Shown: one piece after another, positions 1-8,686 of the stretch | Numbering within the stretch: position 1 is the stretch's first letter | Layout of the letters: every line of letters begins with the position of its first letter | IMG/VR virus record: IMGVR_UViG_3300010381_000015 | Span: 1-39,546 of that record | Length of the DNA stretch: 39,546 bases | Reading direction: 5' to 3' (one strand) | Source of the DNA: a virus | Taxonomy: Duplodnaviria; Caudoviricetes | Position numbers and translations under genes: made by a program | Notes under the pieces: model-generated | Told to the model about the DNA's origin: nothing | The model's input: the letters and a program-made list of their open reading frames with translations, nothing else | Databases searched by the model: none

Positions 1-1641
1 ATGCCTGATCGAAAAGACCCGACACCGGAAGAGATCGCCGCCGCCGCCGAGCAGGTGGCCGAGCGCGTGAAAGAGGAAGGCGTCACCGACGAAGCCGCTG
101 CGCCAGCCATTGAGTACGAGTTCGTGAAGCGCTGCCTCTACGCCGGGCAAAAAGGGGACGGCATCCTCTACGCCACCGTGCACAAGGGGAGTCTCCTTTG
201 CGCTCCGGAACTGAAAAGCCAATGGTTCGAGTGGACGGGCGCGTATTGGAAGCAGGTCACTGTCTACCGCGCCGAGGCTTTGGTCGAGGCAGTCGTATCC
301 CAATACGAACAGACGCGCCTCGAAACGGAACTCAAGCTCTCCGAGGCCAAGCAGGCCCGGGACGACGAGGCTGAAAAACGCCTCCAACGGCTGTCCAAGC
401 GGCTGCGCAAAAACATTGACGATCTTCGAGAGGGTTCCGGTGTTTCGGCCGCGCTCAGGTTTGCCTTGTCCAATGACGATCCGCTGCTGGTGCGCATGGA
501 GGAGTTCGACGCAGATCCGTACCTGCTCGGCGTGGCCAACGGCGTGGTGGATCTGCACACCGGAGAATTCCGAAAAGCGCGACCTGGGGATCGTGTGCGC
601 AGGACCTGCGGCGTCGAGTGGCAGGACATCGATGCGCCGTGTCCGCTTTGGCCCAGCTTTGTCCAGGAAATCGTCGGCGACGATCCAGAGGTCGCCGCCT
701 TCCTGCAGCGGGTGTTCGGGTACGCCATCACCGGCCTGTCGTGCGAGCCGCTCTTTGTCGTGCTGGCCGGGGACGGCCGCAACGGAAAAACGGTGATGGT
801 CGAGACCCTGGGCAAAGTCCTCGGGGATTACATGGCGCCGATCCCGGCCGAGTTGCTCCTGGATCAAGGGCAGGCCCGGGACGCTGACAAGCCGACGCCG
901 ACCATCATGTCGCTCAACGGCCTGCGCGTGGCCTACGCCACCGAGTCCGACGAGAACCGCCGGTTTTCCATCGCCCGGGTCAAGTGGCTTTCCGGCGATG
1001 ACCGGCTCACCGGCCGCTACATGTGGGACCGGGATCCTTCCAGCTTCTACCCGACGCACACGCTTTTCCTGCTCACCAACCACAAGCCGCACGCCGGGGC
1101 CCACGAGTACGCCTTCTGGGATCGGCTGCGCCTGGTCAATTTCCCCTACCGCTACGTGGATAACCCAACTCGGGAGCATGAGCGGCAGCGCGACCGCACC
1201 ATACCAGACCGGCTCGAAAAGGAGCTGCCCGGGATCCTGGCCTGGCTGGTGCGCGGCTGCCTCCTCTGGCAGCGAGACGGCATCGCGCCGCCGGCATCCG
1301 TGCTGGCCGCAACCGAGGAATACCAGCGGGAAGAGGATCATGTGCAGGATTTCGTTGAAGAATGTCTGCTCATGACAGAGCCGACAGACCGGGTTTCGGC
1401 CACCGCGATCTACGACCTCTACACCCGCTGGTACTTCAAAAACCGGGGAAAGTACGTCCCCAGCATGAACGCATTCGGGAAGCAGCTCACTCGCAAGATC
1501 CATAAGGATCGCAAGGGTGGCACTGTCTACTACTTCGGTGTGCAGCTCAATCCCGTCGCCGAAGACGCATATCCAGACAAAAGAGCAGACAAAGAAGGTA
1601 GTTACGGCAAAAGCCTGTGGGGGAAGTCCTCGCGGTCGTGA
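1..1641 (+). CDS. P4-family/D5-like SF3 helicase (primase C-terminal domain type)
   Basis: D5_N-like 'LLGVANGVVDLHTGEFR', Walker A 'GDGRNGKT', 'LFLLTNHKP', 'AFWDRLRLVNF', C-terminal winged helix; no evident N-terminal primase domain. Confidence 0.92.
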   Translation: MPDRKDPTPEEIAAAAEQVAERVKEEGVTDEAAAPAIEYEFVKRCLYAGQKGDGILYATVHKGSLLCAPELKSQWFEWTGAYWKQVTVYRAEALVEAVVSQYEQTRLETELKLSEAKQARDDEAEKRLQRLSKRLRKNIDDLREGSGVSAALRFALSNDDPLLVRMEEFDADPYLLGVANGVVDLHTGEFRKARPGDRVRRTCGVEWQDIDAPCPLWPSFVQEIVGDDPEVAAFLQRVFGYAITGLSCEPLFVVLAGDGRNGKTVMVETLGKVLGDYMAPIPAELLLDQGQARDADKPTPTIMSLNGLRVAYATESDENRRFSIARVKWLSGDDRLTGRYMWDRDPSSFYPTHTLFLLTNHKPHAGAHEYAFWDRLRLVNFPYRYVDNPTREHERQRDRTIPDRLEKELPGILAWLVRGCLLWQRDGIAPPASVLAATEEYQREEDHVQDFVEECLLMTEPTDRVSATAIYDLYTRWYFKNRGKYVPSMNAFGKQLTRKIHKDRKGGTVYYFGVQLNPVAEDAYPDKRADKEGSYGKSLWGKSSRS

Positions 1642-1894
1642 CCAGGACCTAGGACCTCGCCAGGATATCCGCGACTGGATTGTCCTGGTGGCGGAAAGGG
1701 GCGCGTTACCTGGACGGAGGGGTGCGCCAGGACATCAGGACCCCGGCATGTAATGCCGGCTAAACGTTCAAACCTCGGCTCGGAGTATACCATCATGTCC
1801 TATCCTATCATCCTACTTCTTAAAAAAGAAAAGAAAGATGGGTGGTTACGGCCAGGATATTGCCAGGACCTTGCCATGCAGACAGGACATTGCC
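1642..1894. repeat. Iteron-like (C)CAGGA(C/T) repeats with an A-rich tract; candidate replication origin
   Basis: ccaggacct 1642, aggacct 1651, ccaggatat 1660, inverted tgtcctgg 1681, ccaggacat-caggacc ~1727, ccaggatattg-ccaggaccttg 1852, caggacattg 1883; A-tract ~1822-1838; lies between helicase and primase. Confidence 0.6.
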
Positions 1895-1897
1895 GCC

Positions 1898-3550
1898 ATG
1901 GCCGCTGATCTGCTTGGTTTGTTCGAGGCGCGCGGCCTTGCGCCGAAGAAGAAAGCCGGCGGCGAGTGGGCAGCACCCTGCCCGGCTTGTGGCGGCACGG
2001 ACCGGTGCATGATCAAGCCGGCGGACCACGAGGGGCGCGGCGGCTACTGGTGCCGCCAGTGCGGGGCCTACGGCGACGCCATCCAGTTCCTCCGCGACTA
2101 CGAAGGCATGTCCTACGTCGAGGCCTACCGGCATCTCGGCGTCGAGGCGGCCCGGGTCACGGCCTCCTCTCTGCCGCGTCCGCCGAGACAGGTCGCCGCC
2201 CAGGACTCGTTCGTGCCGACTGCGTCCGTCCCGCCTGCCGAGCTTTGGACCCAAAAAGCGACCGCCTTTGCCGCCTTGGCCCACCAGCATCTCCTCGCCA
2301 ACCCCAAAGAGCTGTCCTGGCTCGCCGCGCGCGGCCTGCCTCTCGAGGCCGTCCAGCGTTACCGCCTGGGCTGGAACCCGGGAGAGAAAGGCCGGTCGTG
2401 CCTCATCCGCCCCCGTGCCAGCTGGGGCCTGCCGCCGGTCGAGGGCAAGCCGGACAAGAGCGGCAAGCCGACGCTGAAAAAGACTTTCTGGATCCCCCGC
2501 GGCTTGGTCATCCCGCATTCCGCCGGCGACGCTCCGGACAGCCCCGTCGCACGGCTGCGCATCCGCCGGCCCGAGGCCGACCGCCGCGAGTTCCGCGAGG
2601 AAACGAAATACTACGTCATCCCCGGATCGAACATGGACGCCATGATCCTCGGCCGCGACGCACGCGCCTTTGTGGTGGTCGAGTCCGAGCTGGACGCGCT
2701 CATGCTCCACCATCAAGCCGGCGACCTGGCCGGGGCGGTGTCGGTGATGACGGCCAGCGTCAGGAAGATCGAAGCCGGGGTGCTTGAAACCCTGCGCGAC
2801 GCCCTGGCCATCCTGGTGGCCCTGGACGCCGAGGGCAAGGACGGGGCCGGGGCCAAGGGGTGCGCACGGTGGATGGCCAGCTTCGCCCGCGCCAAACGCT
2901 GGCCGGTCCCGGTTGGCAAGGATCCCGGCGAGGCCTTCGAGAAGGGCGCGAACCTGCGCGCCTGGATCCTTGCCGGGCTGCCGGCGGTGTTGCGTCCAGG
3001 ACTTTTGCCGCCTGGACAGCCGCGTTGCGTGGGGGCGGGAGAAGATGAGGCGGCGCGAGGCGGCGCGGTCGAGAGTGCGCGGGAGGCTGCCGTGAATGTG
3101 CCGGCGGCGACGGAAGATGCGCGGCAGCCACAGGAAACTGCGCCCGCCGTTCGCTGGCTCGATCCGGACCACGCGTCGGCGTTCCATCTTGTGCCGCTCC
3201 GCGAGCTGCTCGAGGCCATGGCGCGATACCGTGTGGAGCCTGTGTTGATTCCCGGCCGGGACAGCAATGCCGAGCGGTTGCTGGCGTTGCGCGCGCCGCG
3301 CGACATCGTACCGGCCGAGCGTGATCGCATCACGGGGATGTTTTTCGGCGCGTGTCTCGAGGCTGTCCTGTGGTTCGCGGATTACCGGGGCATGCGCGCG
3401 GTCGAAAACTGCGGGCGAGATGTGTTTGGCCGGTCAGAAGGCAACGGGCAGGTCGCGGCCATTGTGCGGCGCGCGGATCCCGAGACGACGAATCTGTCGT
3501 TTGCCGGCTGGGCCCGGCTGGACTTCTGGCGCTGTCCGGAAGCGGCGTGA
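1898..3550 (+). CDS. DNA primase: Zn-ribbon plus TOPRIM, with C-terminal extension (alternative start 1838)
   Basis: 'PCPACGGTDR...WCRQCGAYGDAIQF' zinc-binding domain; TOPRIM 'VVVESELDAL', 'VALDAE', 'GKDPGE'. Confidence 0.85.
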   Translation: MAADLLGLFEARGLAPKKKAGGEWAAPCPACGGTDRCMIKPADHEGRGGYWCRQCGAYGDAIQFLRDYEGMSYVEAYRHLGVEAARVTASSLPRPPRQVAAQDSFVPTASVPPAELWTQKATAFAALAHQHLLANPKELSWLAARGLPLEAVQRYRLGWNPGEKGRSCLIRPRASWGLPPVEGKPDKSGKPTLKKTFWIPRGLVIPHSAGDAPDSPVARLRIRRPEADRREFREETKYYVIPGSNMDAMILGRDARAFVVVESELDALMLHHQAGDLAGAVSVMTASVRKIEAGVLETLRDALAILVALDAEGKDGAGAKGCARWMASFARAKRWPVPVGKDPGEAFEKGANLRAWILAGLPAVLRPGLLPPGQPRCVGAGEDEAARGGAVESAREAAVNVPAATEDARQPQETAPAVRWLDPDHASAFHLVPLRELLEAMARYRVEPVLIPGRDSNAERLLALRAPRDIVPAERDRITGMFFGACLEAVLWFADYRGMRAVENCGRDVFGRSEGNGQVAAIVRRADPETTNLSFAGWARLDFWRCPEAA

Positions 3551-3674
3551 AAGTGGAGGGCTGCCTGCCGGAGTTGCAGCTCCGACCGGCGGCCGGATGA
3601 AAAGGGCATCCGACCAGGGAACCCCAGCCCTCCAGCCATGCATGGCCCGGAGGCAGTAGCACGGGGATGATCGG

Positions 3675-5012
3675 ATGGAAACGCTCAAACTCGAACAATG
3701 GCCGCTGGCGCGGCTGCGGCCCTACGAGCGGGGCCTGCGCAAATACAGCAAGGACGTGGTGGAACGGATGATGGCGGCGATTCGGGAATACGGATTTCGG
3801 GTGCCGGTGCTGGCGCGCTCCGACGGCCAGGTGGTCGACGGCCGCCTGCGCCTGGACGCGGCCGTGCGCCTGGGGCTGGCCACGGTGCCCGTGATCCCGG
3901 CCGACGAACTCACCGAGGCGCAAGTGCGCGCCTTCCGCCTGCTCGTCAACCGCTCAGCCACCTGGGCGGCCTGGGACGAGGAGATGGTGGCCGTGGAGCT
4001 GGAGGAGCTGCGGGAGCTGGATGTGGATCTCGCGCTCACCGGCTTCGACGTCGCCGAGCTGGACGCCCTGCTCGACCTGCTGCCGCTCCCCGGCCGCACG
4101 GATCCAGACGACGTGCCGCCTGTGCCCGAGACGCCGCAGACACGGCCGGGCGATATCTGGTTGCTTGGCCGGCATAGGTTGCTTTGCGGCGACGCCACCA
4201 GCTCGGCCGATCTGGCCGCACTGCTCGGCGATGAGCGCCCGGAGCTGGCCGTCACCGATCCACCTTACAACGTGGCCGTCGAGGGCAAGGCCGGAAAGAT
4301 CCTCAACGACAACATGGCCGGAACAGCCTTCCGTGAGTTCCTGGGCCGAGCCTTTGCCGCGCTTTTTGCGGTCCTGGCCGACGGTGCGGCCGTGTACATT
4401 GCCCACTCGGAGACCGAGGGCTTTGCCTTCCGCGACGCGTTCCAGGCCGTCGGCTTCAAGCTGGCCGGGTGCCTGATCTGGCGCAAGAACATCCACGTGC
4501 TCGGCCGCTCTGACTATCACTGGCAGCACGAGCCGATCCTCTACGGCTGGAAGCCGACCGGCCGGCACGCCTGGTTCGGCGGCCGCCGCCAGACCACTCT
4601 CCTCGAGGCGCTGCCGGGCGCAGTGCTCCTGGATGACGGCCGCGTGCAGATCCCGGCCGGCGACGACGTCTACCTGATCTCCGGCCATGATCTGGCCGTG
4701 GAAGTCGCCCCGGGCTCCATCGTCAGCGTGGACAAGCCGACCCGCAGCGACGCGCACCCCACCATGAAACCCGTGGCGCTCCTCGAGCGCTTCATCCGCA
4801 ACTCGTCCCGCCCTGGCGGCCTGGTCATCGATCCGTTCGGCGGATCCGGCTCCACGCTCATGGCCTGCGAGGGGTTGGGCCGGTCCTGCCGCACTCTCGA
4901 ACTGGATCCGCGCTTTTGCGACGTGATCGTGCGGCGCTGGCAGGACCACACCGGCCGCGTGGCCACCCGTCCGGATGGACGGCTGTTCCCGGCCAGTGGG
5001 GACGCGGCATGA
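3675..5012 (+). CDS. ParB-like N-terminal domain fused to an N6A/N4C DNA methyltransferase
   Basis: ParB-like 'IREYGFRVPVL...VVDGRLRL'; MTase 'TDPPYN', 'HPTMKPV', 'DPFGGSGST'. Confidence 0.93.
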   Translation: METLKLEQWPLARLRPYERGLRKYSKDVVERMMAAIREYGFRVPVLARSDGQVVDGRLRLDAAVRLGLATVPVIPADELTEAQVRAFRLLVNRSATWAAWDEEMVAVELEELRELDVDLALTGFDVAELDALLDLLPLPGRTDPDDVPPVPETPQTRPGDIWLLGRHRLLCGDATSSADLAALLGDERPELAVTDPPYNVAVEGKAGKILNDNMAGTAFREFLGRAFAALFAVLADGAAVYIAHSETEGFAFRDAFQAVGFKLAGCLIWRKNIHVLGRSDYHWQHEPILYGWKPTGRHAWFGGRRQTTLLEALPGAVLLDDGRVQIPAGDDVYLISGHDLAVEVAPGSIVSVDKPTRSDAHPTMKPVALLERFIRNSSRPGGLVIDPFGGSGSTLMACEGLGRSCRTLELDPRFCDVIVRRWQDHTGRVATRPDGRLFPASGDAA

Positions 5013-5731
5013 GCGAGGACCTGACGCCCTATCTCGCACGTAGCGCCGCCACCGATCTGCCCGCCCTGCTGCGGGCCAAGGAAGGGGCCAAGAGACGCAT
5101 GAACGATACGCCAACCAAGGAAAACATCGAGGCCTTCAAGAAGGTGCGCGACGAGGTCGACCGCGCTGCGGTTCCGGTGGGCGAAGGCAGGCTCTTCGCC
5201 AAGCGGCCGGCCGCCCTGGCCTATCTGCAGGGGCGCGGCTTTTCGATCCAGAAAACCAAGTTCTACGCCGATTGCAAGGCCGGGCTTGTGCCAACCAATG
5301 CCTCCGGCCAGTTCGAGGAAGCGGTGCTGCTGGCCTACGCCTCCGCCCTCCCCACCGTGGCCAAGGAAAAGGACAGCGAACTCTCGGGAGAAGCCCGTCG
5401 GCGGCTGACGGCCGACGCGGACTACAAGTCCGAGCAGGCCAAGCTCGCCCAAAAGCGCCGCGAAATGCTCGAGGGCAAGCTGGTCGAGCGGGTGCAGGTC
5501 GAGCGGGATCTGGCGGCCCGGGCCCAGTTCTTCAAGCGCCAGATCGAAAACGCCGGACCGCTCTTTGGCGCGCGCATCATCGAGGCGGTCGGCGGCGACG
5601 AGACGAAGCTGCCGGAGTTCCTGCTGTTCTGGGAGCAGGCCACGGCGGACTGGATGGATGCCTGGTCGGCGGACAGGGAGTTTGTGCTCGGGACGGATGC
5701 GCCAGAGGCCACGGCCTCCGGTCAGGCCTGA
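5009..5731 (+). CDS. Probable terminase small subunit (Nu1-like)
   Basis: ATGA overlap with the MTase; wHTH-like segment followed by 'EARRRLTADADYK...LEGKLVER' coiled coil resembling lambda Nu1. Confidence 0.55.
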   Translation: MSEDLTPYLARSAATDLPALLRAKEGAKRRMNDTPTKENIEAFKKVRDEVDRAAVPVGEGRLFAKRPAALAYLQGRGFSIQKTKFYADCKAGLVPTNASGQFEEAVLLAYASALPTVAKEKDSELSGEARRRLTADADYKSEQAKLAQKRREMLEGKLVERVQVERDLAARAQFFKRQIENAGPLFGARIIEAVGGDETKLPEFLLFWEQATADWMDAWSADREFVLGTDAPEATASGQA

Positions 5732-5756
5732 ACCTGTAAAACGCGAGGAGAATGCT

Positions 5757-6317
5757 ATGAGCGGTAGTCCCTGGAACCAGACGTTTAGCGGACTCGCATT
5801 CGATTTGTTGGACCCGTTGTCGAACATGGTCAGCATCAAGGACATCGCGCACGCGCTGTCGAACCAGTGTCGTTTCAACGGTCATTGCAAACGGTTTTAC
5901 TCGGTAGCCGAGCACTGCGTCTATGTATCCCGTGTCGTGCCGAAGCCTCTGAAGTATTTGGCCCTGCTCCACGATGCGGCCGAGACCTACACCAACGACA
6001 TCACGCGGCCGCTCAAGTCGCTGCTCCCGGATTTTCGGGATGTCGAGTCCAGGATCTGGCAGGTCGTCGCCCACCGTTTGAATCTCCCCAGGGAGATCCC
6101 CGAGGAGATCCACATCGCCGACCAGCGATTGTTGGTCACCGAGTCGGAATACCTCATGTCCCCGTCGCCGCGTCCCTGGCTGGCCGGCGTTGCGCCCTAC
6201 GATCTGCGCGAGATCGGCCTGCGCCACCCTAACCAGTTCGGCCTGCTGCCCCGTGACGCGCATCGTCTGTTTCTTGAGCGGTTCGCCGAGTTGTCGATTC
6301 TGGAGGACCGGTCATGA
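5757..6317 (+). CDS. HD-superfamily phosphohydrolase (YfbR/YfdR-like deoxynucleotidase)
   Basis: 'DIAHALSNQCRFNGH...YSVAEH', 'ALLHDAAETY'; GAGGAG RBS. Confidence 0.88.
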   Translation: MSGSPWNQTFSGLAFDLLDPLSNMVSIKDIAHALSNQCRFNGHCKRFYSVAEHCVYVSRVVPKPLKYLALLHDAAETYTNDITRPLKSLLPDFRDVESRIWQVVAHRLNLPREIPEEIHIADQRLLVTESEYLMSPSPRPWLAGVAPYDLREIGLRHPNQFGLLPRDAHRLFLERFAELSILEDRS

Positions 6318-7366
6318 GCGGTAAGTCTAAAATAGAATGGTGCGATTCCACCTGGAATCCCGTTCTCGGGTGCTCGCCGGTCTCGGCCGGGTGCGCGAAC
6401 TGCTACGCCGCCCGGTGGGCCTGGCGGCTCTATCAGATGGGCCTGCAACGGTACGACATCCTGGCCAAACCGGACGGCACATGGACTGGCAGCGTCCATT
6501 TCGTCGAGGGGGAGTTGAACCGGCCTTTGACCTGGCGCAAGCCCAAGCGGATTTTCGTGTGCAGCATGGGCGATCTGTTCCATTCGCGCGTGCAGCCCTT
6601 CCTCTGGGATGAAGTGTTCTCGCGCATGGTGCTGACGCCGCGCCACACCTATTGCATCCTGACTAAACGCCCCGAGCGGATGCGCGACGTTCTTACCGCG
6701 CCCGGCATGGCTGAACGTGTCCTTCGCAGGGCCACCAGCTTCCCTTTGCCGCTTCACCCCACAGGCAAGCCGGCCTGGCCGCAATGGCCCCCGGCGAACG
6801 TTTTTGTCGGCACCTCCATCGAGGACCAGCCGACGGCCGACGCGCGCCTGCCGTTTGTCATCGAGTTGGCGTCCCTGGGTTGGCGGACCATGATCAGTGC
6901 CGAGCCTATGCTGGGACCGGTGGATCTGACTCACTGGCTCGAAGGGTGGATGTGCCGGAAGTGCGGCGTGACTCGTCTCCCGATGGGTGAGCACGGCTAC
7001 TGCGATTGCCCGTTACCTGACGATCCGGATGAGGCGCAGGGCGACCATCGCCCGGGAATGATCGATTGGGTCATCTGCGGTGGCGAGTCCGGTCCCCATG
7101 CCCGCCCCATGCACCCCGATTGGGCGCGGAGTCTGCGCGACCAGTGCGCGGCAGCCGGCGTGCCGTTTTTCTACAAGCAAAGTGGTGAGTGGGCTTTCGG
7201 CGGGGGACAAGCAACGCACGCGTTGACCAGCCAGGGAGGGTTGCGACCACTTACACGTGGCGAAGATGCGCATGGAGCCTGGCCATGTTCCCGCGTAGGC
7301 AAACGCGCCGCCGGCAGGATGCTGGATGGCGTGGAGCACAATGCTTTCCCGGAGACACGGTCATGA
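6314..7366 (+). CDS. Phage Gp37/Gp68 (DUF5131) family three-Cys-motif protein
   Basis: 'SKIEWCDSTWNPVLGCSPVSAGCANCYA', 'IFVCSMGDLFH', 'WVICGGESGPHARPM', 'VPFFYKQ'. Confidence 0.92.
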   Translation: MSGKSKIEWCDSTWNPVLGCSPVSAGCANCYAARWAWRLYQMGLQRYDILAKPDGTWTGSVHFVEGELNRPLTWRKPKRIFVCSMGDLFHSRVQPFLWDEVFSRMVLTPRHTYCILTKRPERMRDVLTAPGMAERVLRRATSFPLPLHPTGKPAWPQWPPANVFVGTSIEDQPTADARLPFVIELASLGWRTMISAEPMLGPVDLTHWLEGWMCRKCGVTRLPMGEHGYCDCPLPDDPDEAQGDHRPGMIDWVICGGESGPHARPMHPDWARSLRDQCAAAGVPFFYKQSGEWAFGGGQATHALTSQGGLRPLTRGEDAHGAWPCSRVGKRAAGRMLDGVEHNAFPETRS

Positions 7367-7536
7367 AGGAACAAGCCCTTCGCCGCAAGGAGCGCCACTA
7401 CTCCAAGACCACGCCGGTCTGTTGCCGTGGGTGCACCTTTTTCAAGATCCTCAACGACAGCGGCCATTACCTGTGCGCCAAGGATGACGGTCCGGTGCGC
7501 AAGCTCTCGTGGTGCCAGGAATACAAGCCCGCATAA
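7363..7536 (+). CDS. Small Cys-rich hypothetical protein
   Basis: ATGA overlap with the upstream gene, GGAG RBS, CCxxC...C...C pattern. Confidence 0.6.
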   Translation: MKEQALRRKERHYSKTTPVCCRGCTFFKILNDSGHYLCAKDDGPVRKLSWCQEYKPA

Positions 7537-7547
7537 GGAGGTTGAGC

Positions 7548-8237
7548 ATGCCCATCCCGAAAGCCACCATGACCCTGTTGGCCGAAGTCCTGGACGAACG
7601 CGCCAGACAGATTTCCAAGGGCTACACCCTCGAGCATGACGACGCGCACCAGCGGGGCGAGCTGGTGCAGGTGGCCGCGGCGATGTCGCTGGCGGCCATC
7701 ACCAAGCACGAGCACGAGCTGAACCAATCCGTGCCGCCTGGTTTCCCCGGTTCGGGGGTGGTTCCTTACCCGTGCATGACCCCGGACCTTATACCGGACT
7801 ACCCGGTGCGCCGGTCGCTCCTCGTTGCCGCCACCCTGCTCCTGGCCGAGGTCGAACGCCTGGACCGGCTACGCGACGCCGGAGAGATCGAATACTGCGG
7901 CGGCTGCGGCGCGCTCGTCTGGAAGGATGAGGCCGTGGTGGACGTGGGAGGCGTGGTGCTGTGCCCCGAGTGCGCCGCCGGGAGCGAGATTGCCTACGCC
8001 AATGAGCCCGATCCTGTGGCCCGGTTCCTGCGCGAACGCTGCGATCGCAATCCCGAGGCCAGCGAGACCGTGGCGAACCTGTACGCGGCTTATGAGGACT
8101 GGGCGTCTCTCGATCCCACGTTTCGCATGACGTGCGTGGTTTTCAGCCTGAACCTCCAAGCACTGCCCTGGATCATGAAAGTGCAGGCCTTCGGCGCCGC
8201 GCACTTCAAGGGTGTGCATCTGCGGCGGGAGAGATAA
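7548..8237 (+). CDS. Multidomain protein: MazG-like helical domain, Zn finger and D5-type winged helix
   Basis: AAGGAGG RBS; 'ERARQISKGYTLEHDD...ELVQVAA...LAEVERLDR'; CGGC/CPEC; C-terminus resembles the helicase C-terminus. Confidence 0.7.
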   Translation: MPIPKATMTLLAEVLDERARQISKGYTLEHDDAHQRGELVQVAAAMSLAAITKHEHELNQSVPPGFPGSGVVPYPCMTPDLIPDYPVRRSLLVAATLLLAEVERLDRLRDAGEIEYCGGCGALVWKDEAVVDVGGVVLCPECAAGSEIAYANEPDPVARFLRERCDRNPEASETVANLYAAYEDWASLDPTFRMTCVVFSLNLQALPWIMKVQAFGAAHFKGVHLRRER

Positions 8238-8239
8238 CC

Positions 8240-8686
8240 ATGGATATCCCGCGCATCGCCATCGCCGTGCAACAGCCTTGGGCCTGGCTGCTGGTCAACG
8301 GCTTTAAGGATACCGAAAACCGCACCTGGCCGTTACCCTCGGCCTATGTCGGCCGGCGGATCCTGATCCAGGCCAGTGCCCGGCCTGCCTTCAACTTGTC
8401 CATGGCCAGGGACATCCTCGAGGAGATCCACGCCCGCTACGGCCTGCCGGGAGGACTGCGTTTCCCGGACGAGGGCCGGCAGTCCGGCGGCATCGTGGGC
8501 GTGGTCCGCTTTGTCGGCTGCGACCAGGGGCATCGCGCCTCGCCCTGGGCGGAATCCGGCCAGTGGCACTGGCGCGTCGCCGATGCCGCCCCCCTGCCCT
8601 TCATGCCTTGCAAAGGGAAGCTCGGCTTTTTCCGGGTGGACTATGCCGCGCCCGAGACGCGGCCCAGCCTGCTGGGGGTAGCGTGA
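8240..8686 (+). CDS. ASCH domain protein
   Basis: 'IAVQQPWAWLLVNGFKDTENRTW', 'GGIVGVV', 'PCKGKLGFF'. Confidence 0.9.
   Translation: MDIPRIAIAVQQPWAWLLVNGFKDTENRTWPLPSAYVGRRILIQASARPAFNLSMARDILEEIHARYGLPGGLRFPDEGRQSGGIVGVVRFVGCDQGHRASPWAESGQWHWRVADAAPLPFMPCKGKLGFFRVDYAAPETRPSLLGVA

Noticed and set aside
3551-3674. Possible cos site; 12-bp palindrome GCCATGCATGGC at 3635-3646
   Set aside because: No lambda-like cosN/cosQ pattern recognised; a single GC-rich palindrome is insufficient without virion end sequencing
5757-6317. DatZ of a Z-genome (2-aminoadenine) pathway
   Set aside because: No PurZ-like gene in the window; a generic HD nucleotidase is the simpler call
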